Shown: positions 29,149-40,258 of the stretch, one piece after another
How positions within the stretch are numbered: the stretch's first letter is position 1
Layout of the letters: each line of letters begins with the position of its first letter
From: Clostridiales bacterium
GTDB taxonomy: Bacteria; Bacillota; Desulfotomaculia; Desulfotomaculales; VENG01
Length of the DNA stretch: 64,000 bases
Assembly: GCA_021736985.1 (NCBI GenBank)
Contig: JAIPEW010000012.1
Location: forward strand, 13,526 to 77,525
Reading direction: 5' to 3'
Program-made: the position numbers and the translations under genes
The notes under the pieces: model-generated
The model's database searches: none
Told to the model about the DNA's origin: nothing
The model's input: the letters and a program-made list of their open reading frames with translations, nothing else

Positions 29149-29634
29149 GTGAATGAAAAAGAACTTCTCGAGCTGTTGGAAACTAATGCTAATTTGTCAA
29201 TTGCTGAAATATCAGCAATGTTAAATGCTTCCGAGGATGAAGTAAAAGAAAAAATAAAAGAGCTGGAATCGAATAAAACTATATTAAGATACATGACGCT
29301 GGTAAACTGGGAGAAATGTGAAAGAGAACAGGTTGAAGCTTTAATAGAAGTACGTATTACTCCGCAGAGAGAAGTAGGTTATGATGCTGTAGCTGAGCGT
29401 ATATACCGTTTTCCAGAAGTGCGCAGTGTCAAGTTAATGAGCGGTACTTATGATCTGGCAGTATTTGTTGAAGGAAAAAGCATGCAAAAAGTAGCCCATT
29501 TCGTAAACACAAAATTGGCGACAATAGAAGGTGTAGTAAATACTGTAACTCACTTCGTGTTAAAAACTTATAAAAAAGATGGGGTTATTATTGGAGACCA
29601 GGAAGAAGATAGGAGGTTGATGATTTCACCATGA
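29149..29634 (+). CDS. Lrp/AsnC family transcriptional regulator (YugG/AlaR-like)
   Basis: N-terminal HTH, RIYRFPEV...LMSGTYDL...THFVLKTYK. Confidence 0.88.
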   Translation: MNEKELLELLETNANLSIAEISAMLNASEDEVKEKIKELESNKTILRYMTLVNWEKCEREQVEALIEVRITPQREVGYDAVAERIYRFPEVRSVKLMSGTYDLAVFVEGKSMQKVAHFVNTKLATIEGVVNTVTHFVLKTYKKDGVIIGDQEEDRRLMISP

Positions 29635-30875
29635 AAAACATGTGGGAAGAAAAGCTGAGCCCGGTAGTGAAGTCTATACCACCTTCGGGGATCAGGAAAT
29701 TCTTTGATTTAGTAAGTGAAACCAGGGGAGTAATTTCTTTAGGCGTGGGTGAACCTGATTTTGTAACACCGTGGCATATTCGTGAGGCTGCAATTTATGC
29801 GATAGAACAGGGGTATACTATGTACACCTCTAATTACGGGCTTTTAGAGCTTCGTGAAGTAATTAGAGATGATATATACAAAAACTACGAAGTTCAATAT
29901 GACCCGAGAGCGGAAATATTGGTAACTGTAGGAGTAAGTGAAGCTCTGGACCTGGCTATGCGCGCTGTTATTTGCCCAGGGGATGAAGTGTTGATACCCG
30001 AGCCGTCCTATGTCAGTTATGCACCTACAGCGGTGTTGGCAGGGGGAAAACCTGTTTTTATGCAGACTACCATGGATAATAATTTTGTTTTGACTCCTGA
30101 ACAGGTAGAAAAATCGATTACTCCCAGGACCAAGGTCTTGATGATTTCATATCCTAATAATCCAACTGGTGCTGTAATGGATCGTGAAACAATGCTGGGC
30201 CTGGCAGAGGTAGCAAAGAAACATGACTTAATTATAATTTCAGATGAAATTTATGATAAACTTAATTATACGGGGGAACAGACTTGTATGGCTGCTTTAC
30301 CCGGTATGCGAGAGAGAACAATATTATTAAACGGTTTCAGCAAAGCTTATGCCATGACGGGATGGAGAATAGCATATGCTGCTGCTCATGCTGATTTTAT
30401 TAGTGCCATGACAAAAATCCACCAGTATTCTATCCTTTGCACACCAATATCAGCTCAAATGGCAGCCATGGAAGCATTGAAAAACGGGGATACTGCAATG
30501 AAAAAAATGGTGCGTGAATTTAATCGCCGCCGCCACCTTGTATTGCAAGGATTTAAAGATATGGGACTGCCGTGTTTTGAGCCCGGCGGGGCTTTTTATG
30601 CATTCCCTAATATAGAAGTTACTGGTTTATCATCAGAAGAGTTTGCTGAACAGCTGCTGCAGGAAGCCCAGGTTGCAACAGTTCCCGGCAGTGCTTTTGG
30701 AGATGCAGGAGAAGGCTATATACGCGTCTCTTATGCCTCTTCAATAGAAGATATAAGTGAAGCACTGCGGCGTATGGGCAAGTTTGTCCGGCGCAGGGGT
30801 GTATTTCCTAAAAAAGTAAGTACATCTAGCGGCACGGATTTTGTTCAGAAAGAAGGAATTTGTAATAATGTGTAG
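29631..30875 (+). CDS. Class I/II PLP aminotransferase (YugH/AlaT-like)
   Basis: PPSGIRKFFD, YPNNPTG, SDEIY, GFSKAYAMTGWR. Confidence 0.9.
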   Translation: MKNMWEEKLSPVVKSIPPSGIRKFFDLVSETRGVISLGVGEPDFVTPWHIREAAIYAIEQGYTMYTSNYGLLELREVIRDDIYKNYEVQYDPRAEILVTVGVSEALDLAMRAVICPGDEVLIPEPSYVSYAPTAVLAGGKPVFMQTTMDNNFVLTPEQVEKSITPRTKVLMISYPNNPTGAVMDRETMLGLAEVAKKHDLIIISDEIYDKLNYTGEQTCMAALPGMRERTILLNGFSKAYAMTGWRIAYAAAHADFISAMTKIHQYSILCTPISAQMAAMEALKNGDTAMKKMVREFNRRRHLVLQGFKDMGLPCFEPGGAFYAFPNIEVTGLSSEEFAEQLLQEAQVATVPGSAFGDAGEGYIRVSYASSIEDISEALRRMGKFVRRRGVFPKKVSTSSGTDFVQKEGICNNV

Positions 30876-31038
30876 AAGGTGCTTACTTAGTATTTAACTA
30901 ATTTACAAATAACGCAGTACGGGAGGATGGTAGTTATGTATAATATAAAAAATTACAGGTCCTGAATTGTCTATTTTTAAGAAAAAGCAGCTTCAGGGAC
31001 CTTTGGTATGGGGTGAGCCGGTTTAGAGCCGGCCCCAC

Positions 31039-31073
31039 AGCCAGGGTGGAATATTCCCTGGTTATTTTTATTT
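31039..31073 (+). terminator. Terminator-like hairpin upstream of paaK
   Basis: AGCCAGGG-tggaatatt-CCCTGGTT followed by ATTTTTATTT. Confidence 0.6.
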
Positions 31074-31080
31074 CTAGAGG

Positions 31081-31340
31081 TTAATCAGAAAACTCCCTAA
31101 AAGGGGCCAGGACCGGTGGATTTCCGGAAGGCAGCGGAGTCTGGGTGCGCTGCATAGCCTGTCATTTGCGAAGTGTAATGTGGGAAGTGTGATAATTTGA
31201 GGAATTCTGCTGTGTAGACTTTTTCTTTTTCTCACCTTTAATTCCCCACTTCTCACCTCTGCCCTTTGCCCTGGCTCTCCACTCAGCTGCTAGAAGAGTT
31301 TTTATACTATGTTGTGAGCAAGAAGCTCATGGGAGTTTAG
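31081..31340 (+). repeat. TTAA-bounded element (modules B, B1); right end reads TTAG
   Basis: TTAATCAGAAAACTCCC...GCTGCATAGCCTGTCATTTGCGAAGTG...GTTGTGAGCAAGAAGCTCATGGGAGTTTAG. Confidence 0.9.
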
Positions 31341-31381
31341 TTTAAAAAAAGGTATAAAAAAAGCAAGGAAGTGTTAATGCA

Positions 31382-32680
31382 ATGATCTGGGATAAAGAAC
31401 ATGAATGTATGGATAGAAGCGAGTTATATGATTTACAGTTATTGAGGCTGCAGAAAACTGTGTCCAAGGTATATGATAGAGTCCCTTATTATCGTAATCT
31501 ATTTGATGAAAAAAATATTAAGCCTGAAGATATTAAAAGTTTAAAAGATGTGCAAAAACTCCCGTTCACTACTAAGACTGCCCTTCGGGATACTTACCCG
31601 TACGGGTTGTTTGCTGAACCAGTAAACCAGTTAGTTAGACTGCATGCATCTTCTGGGACTACTGGAAAGCCAACGGTTGTTGGGTATACGCGAAATGACC
31701 TGGAAACATGGTCTAACCTGGTAGCTAGAGTTGTTACCCAGGCTGGAATTACCGGGGATGATATTGTGCAGATTACATTTGGTTACGGCCTGTTTACGGG
31801 AGCATTTGGCCTGCATTACGGGCTGGAAAAAGTGGGAGTTGCCATTGTCCCTGCTTCTGTGGGTAATACTGAAAGGCAAATAATGCTTATGCAGGATTTT
31901 GGTACTACTGCACTTGTCGGTACACCTTCATACTGTCTGCACCTGGCAGAGGTTGCGCGTAAGATGGGTATAGATCCTAAGAGCTTAAATGTTCGTCTGG
32001 GGTTGTATGGTTCTGAGGCATGGACTGAGAGTATGCGCGGTGAACTGGAAAAAGCATGGGGAGCATTACCTACGGACAATTACGGTTTAAGCGAAGTAAT
32101 GGGCCCCGGAGTAGCAGGAGAATGTACAGCAGAACCGGGCATGCACATAAATGAAGACCATTTTCTGGCCGAGATAATAGACCCCGAAACAGAGGAGCAG
32201 CTGGACTATGGTGAAGAAGGAGAGCTTGTTTTAACTACGCTTACTAAAGAAGCTTTACCTATAATTCGCTACCGTACCAGGGATATAACTGTACTAAATC
32301 CCGAAAAGTGCTCGTGCGGTCGTACTACAGCCAGGATGCGCAAAATTTCAGGACGTACTGATGATATGCTTATTATCTCCGGTGTAAATGTTTATCCTTC
32401 GCAGATAGAAACTGTATTGATAGATATCGAGGGGACTACCCCGCACTATAAAATTATTATTGATAAAAAAGGCTACCTGGATTACCTGGAAGTACAGGTA
32501 GAAGTTAATGAAAAGCTGTTTTCAGGCAATTTCCGCGACCTGGAAGAATTAGAAAGCAATATTCGCGGGAGGCTGCGCAGTGTACTGCAGTTAAATGCTA
32601 AAGTACGCCTTTTAGAGCCCCATTCTCTGGAACGCAGTACAGGAAAGATCAAGCGCGTCTTTGATTACAGGAATTGTTAG
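31382..32680 (+). CDS. paaK: Phenylacetate-CoA ligase family protein
   Basis: HASSGTTGKP, YGLSE, RYRTRD, GRTDDM. Confidence 0.9.
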   Translation: MIWDKEHECMDRSELYDLQLLRLQKTVSKVYDRVPYYRNLFDEKNIKPEDIKSLKDVQKLPFTTKTALRDTYPYGLFAEPVNQLVRLHASSGTTGKPTVVGYTRNDLETWSNLVARVVTQAGITGDDIVQITFGYGLFTGAFGLHYGLEKVGVAIVPASVGNTERQIMLMQDFGTTALVGTPSYCLHLAEVARKMGIDPKSLNVRLGLYGSEAWTESMRGELEKAWGALPTDNYGLSEVMGPGVAGECTAEPGMHINEDHFLAEIIDPETEEQLDYGEEGELVLTTLTKEALPIIRYRTRDITVLNPEKCSCGRTTARMRKISGRTDDMLIISGVNVYPSQIETVLIDIEGTTPHYKIIIDKKGYLDYLEVQVEVNEKLFSGNFRDLEELESNIRGRLRSVLQLNAKVRLLEPHSLERSTGKIKRVFDYRNC

Positions 32681-32812
32681 AAAGCAAGTAAATTAAAAAT
32701 AAAAATAACTGTTTAGATGTATGATAAAATATACATTATGTGATGAACGTGTTTGTTTAATAGCAGTTTTTAAATCATATTCACTTTGATAATTGTACTG
32801 GAGGTGCAATAA

Positions 32813-34576
32813 ATGAAAAACTTGCTTTCCGGCAATGCCGCTATTGCGCGGGGAGCTTATGAGGCTGGCGTCATACTGGCAGCTGGATACCCGGGAACGC
32901 CCAGTACTGAAATATTGGAGAATCTTTCTCGCTATAAGAATGTTTACAGCGAATGGGCCCCCAATGAAAAAGTAGCCCTGGAAGTAGCACTGGGATCATC
33001 TTTTTCTGGTGCCAGGTCCCTGGTAACCATGAAGCATGTTGGTGTTAATGTGGCTGCCGACCCCCTGCTTACATCTGCTTATACCGGAGTTAACGGCGGG
33101 TTGGTTCTGGTGTCAGCAGATGACCCCGGCATGCACAGCTCTCAAAATGAACAGGATAACCGCCGCCTTGCAGCATTAGCGAAGCTTCCCGTATTAGAGC
33201 CTGCAAGCAGCCAAGAAGCCAAAGAAATGGTGCTGCAGGGATTTGAGATCAGTGAAAAATACGATATTCCAGTTATACTGCGTATTACTACCCGGATTGC
33301 TCATTCACAGGGATATGTTTTACTAAAAGACCCGGTATCCCGGGAAGTGCGGGAATATAATAAAAATCCCCGGAAGAACCTCATGGTTCCCGGTTATGCC
33401 CGCATGCGCAGAATAGACCTTGATAAGCGTGTAGAAAACCTGCGCTTGTACTCGGAGGACACCCCGGTAAACTGTATTGAAGGTTCGAGCAGCGCAGTTG
33501 GTATAATAACAAGTGGAGTAAGTTACCAGTATGTAAAAGAAGTGCTTCCTAATACGGCTGTATTTAAGCTGGGCATGACTAACCCCCTGCCTGTACAAAG
33601 AATAAAAGAATTTGCCGGGTCAGTGGAAAAACTATATATAGTGGAAGAATTAGAACCTTTTATAGAAGAACAGCTGCAGATTCTGGGTATCAATGCTACA
33701 GGTAAGGACTTATTCCCCAATACAGGAGAATTTTCTCCGGGATTGCTGCGGAGTATCTTTGCCAGGGCTGGAGTGCTGGAAGAGGATGAACACAAGAATG
33801 CAGAGATTGATGATGCACCTGCAGTACCGGGTCGCCCTCCCGTATTATGCCCGGGATGTCCCCACAGAGGGGTGTTCTATACTCTGCGTAAAATGAAACT
33901 CAGTGTAACCGGTGATATAGGGTGCTATACCCTGGGAGGTTTACCCCCCATTGAAGGAATAGACAGCTGTGTATGTATGGGAGCCAGCATAGGAATGGCT
34001 CACGGGGCAGAAAAGGTGTCTCCTGTTATGAAAGATAAAACTGTTGCAGTTATAGGGGACTCAACATTTATGCACTCCGGTATTACCGGCCTGTTAAACC
34101 TGGTATATAATAAAGGAACTTCCACGGTAATTATATTAGATAACCGTACTACAGCCATGACGGGACACCAGGATCACCCTGCCACCGGTTGTACCCTCAT
34201 GGGAGAAAAAGCACCGGAACTCGATATAGAGGCATTGTGCCGGGCACTGGGCGTTAACAGGGTGAATACAGTTGATCCCCTGGATTTATCGCAGCTTAAA
34301 GAAACTATCAAAAATGAAATTGATGCTGCCGAACCTTCGGTAATAATTGCTCGCAGGCCATGTGCACTTTTAAGCAAAGAGCCTGTAGGCCCTCGTGTAG
34401 AAGTGGACCTGGAAAGCTGTGAAGGGTGCGGGGCCTGTCTGAAGCTCGGCTGCCCTGCCATTTCAATGCAAGAAGACAAGGCCTCGGTAGATCCATTTAC
34501 CTGTAACGGGTGTGGAATATGCATACAGGTGTGTAAGTTCGGGGCCCTGGTGAAAGGTGGTAATAGCAGTGTGTAA
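32813..34576 (+). CDS. iorA: Indolepyruvate:ferredoxin oxidoreductase alpha subunit
   Basis: YPGTPSTE, SSQNEQD, CPGCPH, GDIGCY, C-terminal ferredoxin motifs. Confidence 0.95.
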   Translation: MKNLLSGNAAIARGAYEAGVILAAGYPGTPSTEILENLSRYKNVYSEWAPNEKVALEVALGSSFSGARSLVTMKHVGVNVAADPLLTSAYTGVNGGLVLVSADDPGMHSSQNEQDNRRLAALAKLPVLEPASSQEAKEMVLQGFEISEKYDIPVILRITTRIAHSQGYVLLKDPVSREVREYNKNPRKNLMVPGYARMRRIDLDKRVENLRLYSEDTPVNCIEGSSSAVGIITSGVSYQYVKEVLPNTAVFKLGMTNPLPVQRIKEFAGSVEKLYIVEELEPFIEEQLQILGINATGKDLFPNTGEFSPGLLRSIFARAGVLEEDEHKNAEIDDAPAVPGRPPVLCPGCPHRGVFYTLRKMKLSVTGDIGCYTLGGLPPIEGIDSCVCMGASIGMAHGAEKVSPVMKDKTVAVIGDSTFMHSGITGLLNLVYNKGTSTVIILDNRTTAMTGHQDHPATGCTLMGEKAPELDIEALCRALGVNRVNTVDPLDLSQLKETIKNEIDAAEPSVIIARRPCALLSKEPVGPRVEVDLESCEGCGACLKLGCPAISMQEDKASVDPFTCNGCGICIQVCKFGALVKGGNSSV

Positions 34577-35150
34577 GCCGGTTGATATACTGTTGGTTGG
34601 TGTAGGCGGGCAAGGTACTATTTTAGCCAGCAAAGTTCTCTGTGCTGCTGCCGAAGCAGCAGGTTTTGATATTAAAATGTCTGAAATACACGGTATGGCC
34701 CAGCGCGGGGGAAGTGTAGTTACACAAGTAAGGCTGGGAGAAAAAGTATATTCTCCGCTGATTGAAGAGGGATGCGCAGATATCATGTTGTCCTTTGAAA
34801 AGCTGGAAGCACTGCGCTGGCTGCACTGGATGAAAAATGACGGTACAATAATAGTAAATAATTACGCTGTTGCACCGGTCCCTGTACTTGCAGGCGTGGC
34901 CGAATATCCTGCTAATGTACTGGAATATATTGAGGAGAAGGTACCCGGCTGTACAATTCTCCATGCAGTGGAAATAGCAAAATCCTGTGGAAATTCTAAG
35001 GCTGCTAATGTAGTCCTTTTGGGTGCTATGGCCCGGGAAATGCCTGTATCACGTGAATTCTGGCAGCAGGCCCTTGATTCTGTTATTCCGCCAAAGCTGT
35101 TGGATATAAACAAAAAGGCCTTTGATGCCGGGTATAATGCCGTAAATTAG
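34557..35150 (+). CDS. iorB: Indolepyruvate:ferredoxin oxidoreductase beta subunit (start likely GTG 34569)
   Basis: GVGGQG, SEIHGMAQRGGSV. Confidence 0.95.
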   Translation: MVIAVCKPVDILLVGVGGQGTILASKVLCAAAEAAGFDIKMSEIHGMAQRGGSVVTQVRLGEKVYSPLIEEGCADIMLSFEKLEALRWLHWMKNDGTIIVNNYAVAPVPVLAGVAEYPANVLEYIEEKVPGCTILHAVEIAKSCGNSKAANVVLLGAMAREMPVSREFWQQALDSVIPPKLLDINKKAFDAGYNAVN

Positions 35151-35271
35151 AGTGTTCATAATATTTTTTCACTAAATGGCAGGATGAATACCTGTCATTT
35201 TGTCTTTTTATGGAGAATAAAAAAGGTTATAATAATAATTAATTGTTGAAATGAACGGGGAGGTTGTAACG

Positions 35272-36954
35272 ATGCACTTGGTAGAGAAAATACGCAAGGG
35301 ACTGTGCGAGTCCCTTGAAGAAGCAGTGAAAAAATCTATTGCTTCCGGGGAACTTCCTCCCGTAGAGATTCCCGACTTTTATATTGAAGTTCCCCGGGAA
35401 AAACAGCACGGGGATTTTGCCGTTAACCTGGCTATGATGCTGGCTAAACCGGCTCGTAATTCTCCGCGCAAAATAGCAGAAATACTGGTTGATAATTTAA
35501 ATACAGGTACGATACCTGTAGAAAGTGTTGAAATTGCAGGGCCCGGGTTTATTAATTTTTACATAAATCCCCTCTGGGTGCTGGAGGGGATACCTGCTGT
35601 TTTAACGGAAGGTGAAAATTACGGCAGGGTCAACCTGGGGAAAAACAAAAAAGCACAGGTAGAGTTTGTAAGCGCTAATCCCACAGGCTTGCTGCACATG
35701 GGTAATGCACGTGGTGCTGCACTTGGAGACAGCCTGGCATCAATACTTGATTTTGCAGGTTATGAAGTGCAGCGAGAATATTACATTAATGATGCTGGAA
35801 AACAAATAGAGAACTTTGGAACTTCATTGGAGACAAGGTATTTTCAACAGCTGGGCTGGAACGTGGATATGCCCGAAGACGGTTATCATGGAGATGATAT
35901 CATAGATACAGTGAAATTGTTTCTGGACAAGTACGGAGATAAATACGCCAGTGCTCCAGAAAAAGATCGGCGGGATGCATTAATAGAATTTGCCTTGCAT
36001 GAAAAAAAGAACGCTATAAGTAATGCCCTGTCGCAATTTCGCGTAAAATATGATGTATGGTTTTCTGAGCAGTCGCTGCATGACGAAGGTAAGGTGGCGG
36101 CAGTAGTTGAACAGTTAAAAGAACGCGGGTGTACTTATGTGCAAGACGGGGCCCTCTGGTTCAGGGCTGCTGATTTTGGACTGGAAAAGGATGAGGTGCT
36201 GCTGCGGCAAAATGGTATACCAACTTATTTTACTGCTGATGCAGCTTATCATATGAATAAGTTTCAACGGGGATTTAATACAGTAATTAATATCTGGGGA
36301 GCTGACCACCACGGGCATGTTGCCAGGATGAAAAGCGTAATTTCAGCACTGGGATATGATTCAGAGGCGCTGCAGGTTGTAATCATGCAGTTAGTTCGCC
36401 TTTATCGGGGCGGGGAAATGGTGCGCATGTCCAAGAGAACAGGGCAGTTCATAACCCTCGAGGAACTTGTGGAAGAAGTTGGTACAGATGCAGCACGCTA
36501 TTTCTTTATAATGCGCAGTGCAGACAGTCACCTGGATTTCGACCTGGATTTAGCCAAATCGCAAACTAATGAAAACCCGGTATATTATATACAATATGCC
36601 CATGCCCGCATATGCAGTATTTTGAGACAGCCCGGGGTAACTGAAGTCAAGGAAAAAGCTGAACAGGTAGATATTTCAAGCCTATTATACCGTGAAGCCG
36701 AGCTGGCCCTGGCCAGGCGCCTGGTTGATTTTCCTGAAGAAATTAGTTTAGCTGCTGGGCAGATGTCCCCGCACCGTGTGGCCCGGTACCTGCACGAAGT
36801 AGCTGGATTACTGCACAGTTTTTATAATGCTTACCGGGTTATTACCAGTGATTCGGATTTAAGTGCTGCAAGAGTAAAGCTGGTGAAAGCAGCACGTATT
36901 GTACTGCAAAATGGACTCAATATACTGGGAATTAATGCGCCGGAAAAAATGTAA
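35272..36954 (+). CDS. argS: Arginine--tRNA ligase
   Basis: VEFVSANPTGLLHMG, WGADHHG, MSKRTG, YIQYAHAR. Confidence 0.98.
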   Translation: MHLVEKIRKGLCESLEEAVKKSIASGELPPVEIPDFYIEVPREKQHGDFAVNLAMMLAKPARNSPRKIAEILVDNLNTGTIPVESVEIAGPGFINFYINPLWVLEGIPAVLTEGENYGRVNLGKNKKAQVEFVSANPTGLLHMGNARGAALGDSLASILDFAGYEVQREYYINDAGKQIENFGTSLETRYFQQLGWNVDMPEDGYHGDDIIDTVKLFLDKYGDKYASAPEKDRRDALIEFALHEKKNAISNALSQFRVKYDVWFSEQSLHDEGKVAAVVEQLKERGCTYVQDGALWFRAADFGLEKDEVLLRQNGIPTYFTADAAYHMNKFQRGFNTVINIWGADHHGHVARMKSVISALGYDSEALQVVIMQLVRLYRGGEMVRMSKRTGQFITLEELVEEVGTDAARYFFIMRSADSHLDFDLDLAKSQTNENPVYYIQYAHARICSILRQPGVTEVKEKAEQVDISSLLYREAELALARRLVDFPEEISLAAGQMSPHRVARYLHEVAGLLHSFYNAYRVITSDSDLSAARVKLVKAARIVLQNGLNILGINAPEKM

Positions 36955-36968
36955 GAGGGGGAAATTAA

Positions 36969-37136
36969 TTGAGGGAAGTTGTAATGGCTTTGTTTACCGG
37001 TTTTGTTATGGGCATGATTTTCTGCAGGCTTAGCCTGCCGGTTCCGGCACCTCCTACTCTGGCCGGGGTAATGGGAATAGTAGGTATATTCCTGGGCTAT
37101 ATAGCTGGCGTAAAATGGTTTGGGTGGGGAGGATAA
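36969..37136 (+). CDS. XapX domain (DUF1427) small membrane protein, 55 aa, absent from the ORF track
   Basis: MREVVMALFTGFVMGMIFCRLSLPVPAPPTLAGVMGIVGIFLGY...; PxPAPP motif; GAGGGGG RBS. Confidence 0.85.
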   Translation: MREVVMALFTGFVMGMIFCRLSLPVPAPPTLAGVMGIVGIFLGYIAGVKWFGWGG

Positions 37137-37144
37137 AATTTTTA

Positions 37145-37173
37145 TTGACACCTCTTTTCCCTGTTTATAGAAT
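37145..37173 (+). promoter_or_regulatory. Sigma-A promoter of pyrG
   Basis: TTGACA-17 bp-TAGAAT. Confidence 0.75.
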
Positions 37174-37279
37174 AGAAAAAGTGGTTTGAGAAAAGCTTAA
37201 ATTACTATACTGGGCGAAGGTATAAAACCTTTGCCCAAAATATGTAAAGACATAAAATAATATACCGGAGGGCTTTTAA

Positions 37280-38872
<1,593 letters not shown>

Positions 38873-38891
38873 ATATTCGACAGATAACTTA

Positions 38892-38949
38892 TTAACCTCA
38901 CACGGGCCCGGCAATGCTTAGAAGAAGCGCCGTGTGATTTTCTTATTAA
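38892..38949 (-). repeat. Minimal TTAA-bounded element (58 bp), unit of the second array
   Basis: Reverse complement TTAATAAGAAAATCACACGG...CCCGTGTGAGGTTAA keeps both end signatures. Confidence 0.6.
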
Positions 38950-39165
38950 ATATCCACGAGCTTCTTGTTCACAATGGAGAATGAAAACTCTTCTGACAGC
39001 TGGGTGGAGGGCCGGGGCAAAGGGCAGAGGTGAGAAGTGGGAAATTGTCACACATCCCATCTCCCACATCACACTTCGCAAATGACGGGCTATTCAGCGT
39101 ACTCAGGCTCGCTACCTTCTGGAAATCCGCCAGCCCTTTGAGTTAAACCAGAGTTTTCTGATTAA
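38946..39165 (-). repeat. TTAA-bounded element (modules B, shortened B1)
   Basis: Reverse complement of the same ends and interior as 28731-29019. Confidence 0.92.
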
Positions 39166-39277
39166 CCCCCCACAGGCCTTTATCTACAACCAGGTATAAC
39201 TATTTTGGCAGCAGATGGGACCGGAGGAACCCCTGGTTCTTCGGTAAGGTGCGTTTTAAACCATATATTTTGATTAA
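39162..39277 (-). repeat. Degenerate TTAA-bounded element, unit of the second array
   Basis: Reverse complement TTAATCAAAATATATGGTTTAAAACGCA...GGCCTGTGGGGGGTTAA. Confidence 0.7.
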
Positions 39278-39298
39278 ACTTTTTTATTAAAATGGAAG

Positions 39299-40258
39299 GT
39301 GTGTTGTAATTTGCAGAGAAAAATAATTGCCAGTATTGTTGTAGGGGTTATGGTGATTTCTGTTATTGCTGCCGGTTTAATAGCGCGAAAATCACCTGTT
39401 TCTCATGATACAAAAGGTGATATTGCTGTAATTAATATAACCGGAATGATTACTACAGGAGGTTCTTCCGCGGGAATCTGGAGCAGTACAACTGCCGGTT
39501 CTGGGGATATAAACCAGCAGTTGCGTGATGCGGCAGATAATACTAATTTAAAAGCCGTGGTTCTGAGGTTAAATAGCCCGGGTGGTACAGTTGCAGGTAC
39601 CCAGGCTATTGCCATGGAAGTAAAAAGGTTGCGCAATTCAGGGAAAAAAGTAGTTGCTTCTATGGGTGATGTAGCTGCTTCCGGTGCCTACTGGATTGCT
39701 GCCTGCTGTGATAAAATTGTAGCTAACCCGTCTGCTCTTACGGGAAGTATTGGAGTTATAATGCAGTTAGATAACCTTGAGGGACTGTATGACAAGCTGG
39801 GAATTGAGCAGCATACTTTTAAAGAGGGAAAGTATAAAGATATGGGTTCTCCTACCAGGAAAATGACGCAAGAGGAGAAGGAAATATTCCAGGAAATGTT
39901 GAATGAGCATTACCAGCAGTTTATTGACGCGGTAGCAGAAGGCCGTCATATGGACCGAGAAAATGTAAAAAAATTAGCGACCGGCAGAGTCTTCACAGGT
40001 ACACAGGCTGTTAGCAACGGTCTGGTAGACAATACTGGTAATTTCTATGATGCTATTGACTTAGCTGCTGAATTGGCCGGTATAAAAGGTGAACCTTCTA
40101 TAACCAGGTTGGAACCTGAAAAAAAATGGTGGAATATGATACAGGGAAAGAGTCCCGCATCTTTAAATACTTCTGGCCTGAAATATTTGCTGAAACATTC
40201 CAGCCTGGCACTAATGGATTTGCCTGCTAATTGGAGTTCGGAGGTTGAAGATGAGTAA
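39299..40258 (+). CDS. sppA: Signal peptide peptidase SppA
   Basis: NSPGG, AASGAYW, TGSIGV, KDMGSP motifs. Confidence 0.93.
   Translation: MCCNLQRKIIASIVVGVMVISVIAAGLIARKSPVSHDTKGDIAVINITGMITTGGSSAGIWSSTTAGSGDINQQLRDAADNTNLKAVVLRLNSPGGTVAGTQAIAMEVKRLRNSGKKVVASMGDVAASGAYWIAACCDKIVANPSALTGSIGVIMQLDNLEGLYDKLGIEQHTFKEGKYKDMGSPTRKMTQEEKEIFQEMLNEHYQQFIDAVAEGRHMDRENVKKLATGRVFTGTQAVSNGLVDNTGNFYDAIDLAAELAGIKGEPSITRLEPEKKWWNMIQGKSPASLNTSGLKYLLKHSSLALMDLPANWSSEVEDE

Noticed and set aside
37210-37237. Hairpin in the pyrG leader as a Bacillus-type reiterative-transcription attenuator
   Set aside because: No GGGC start at the expected +1 and no U-tract after the stem.
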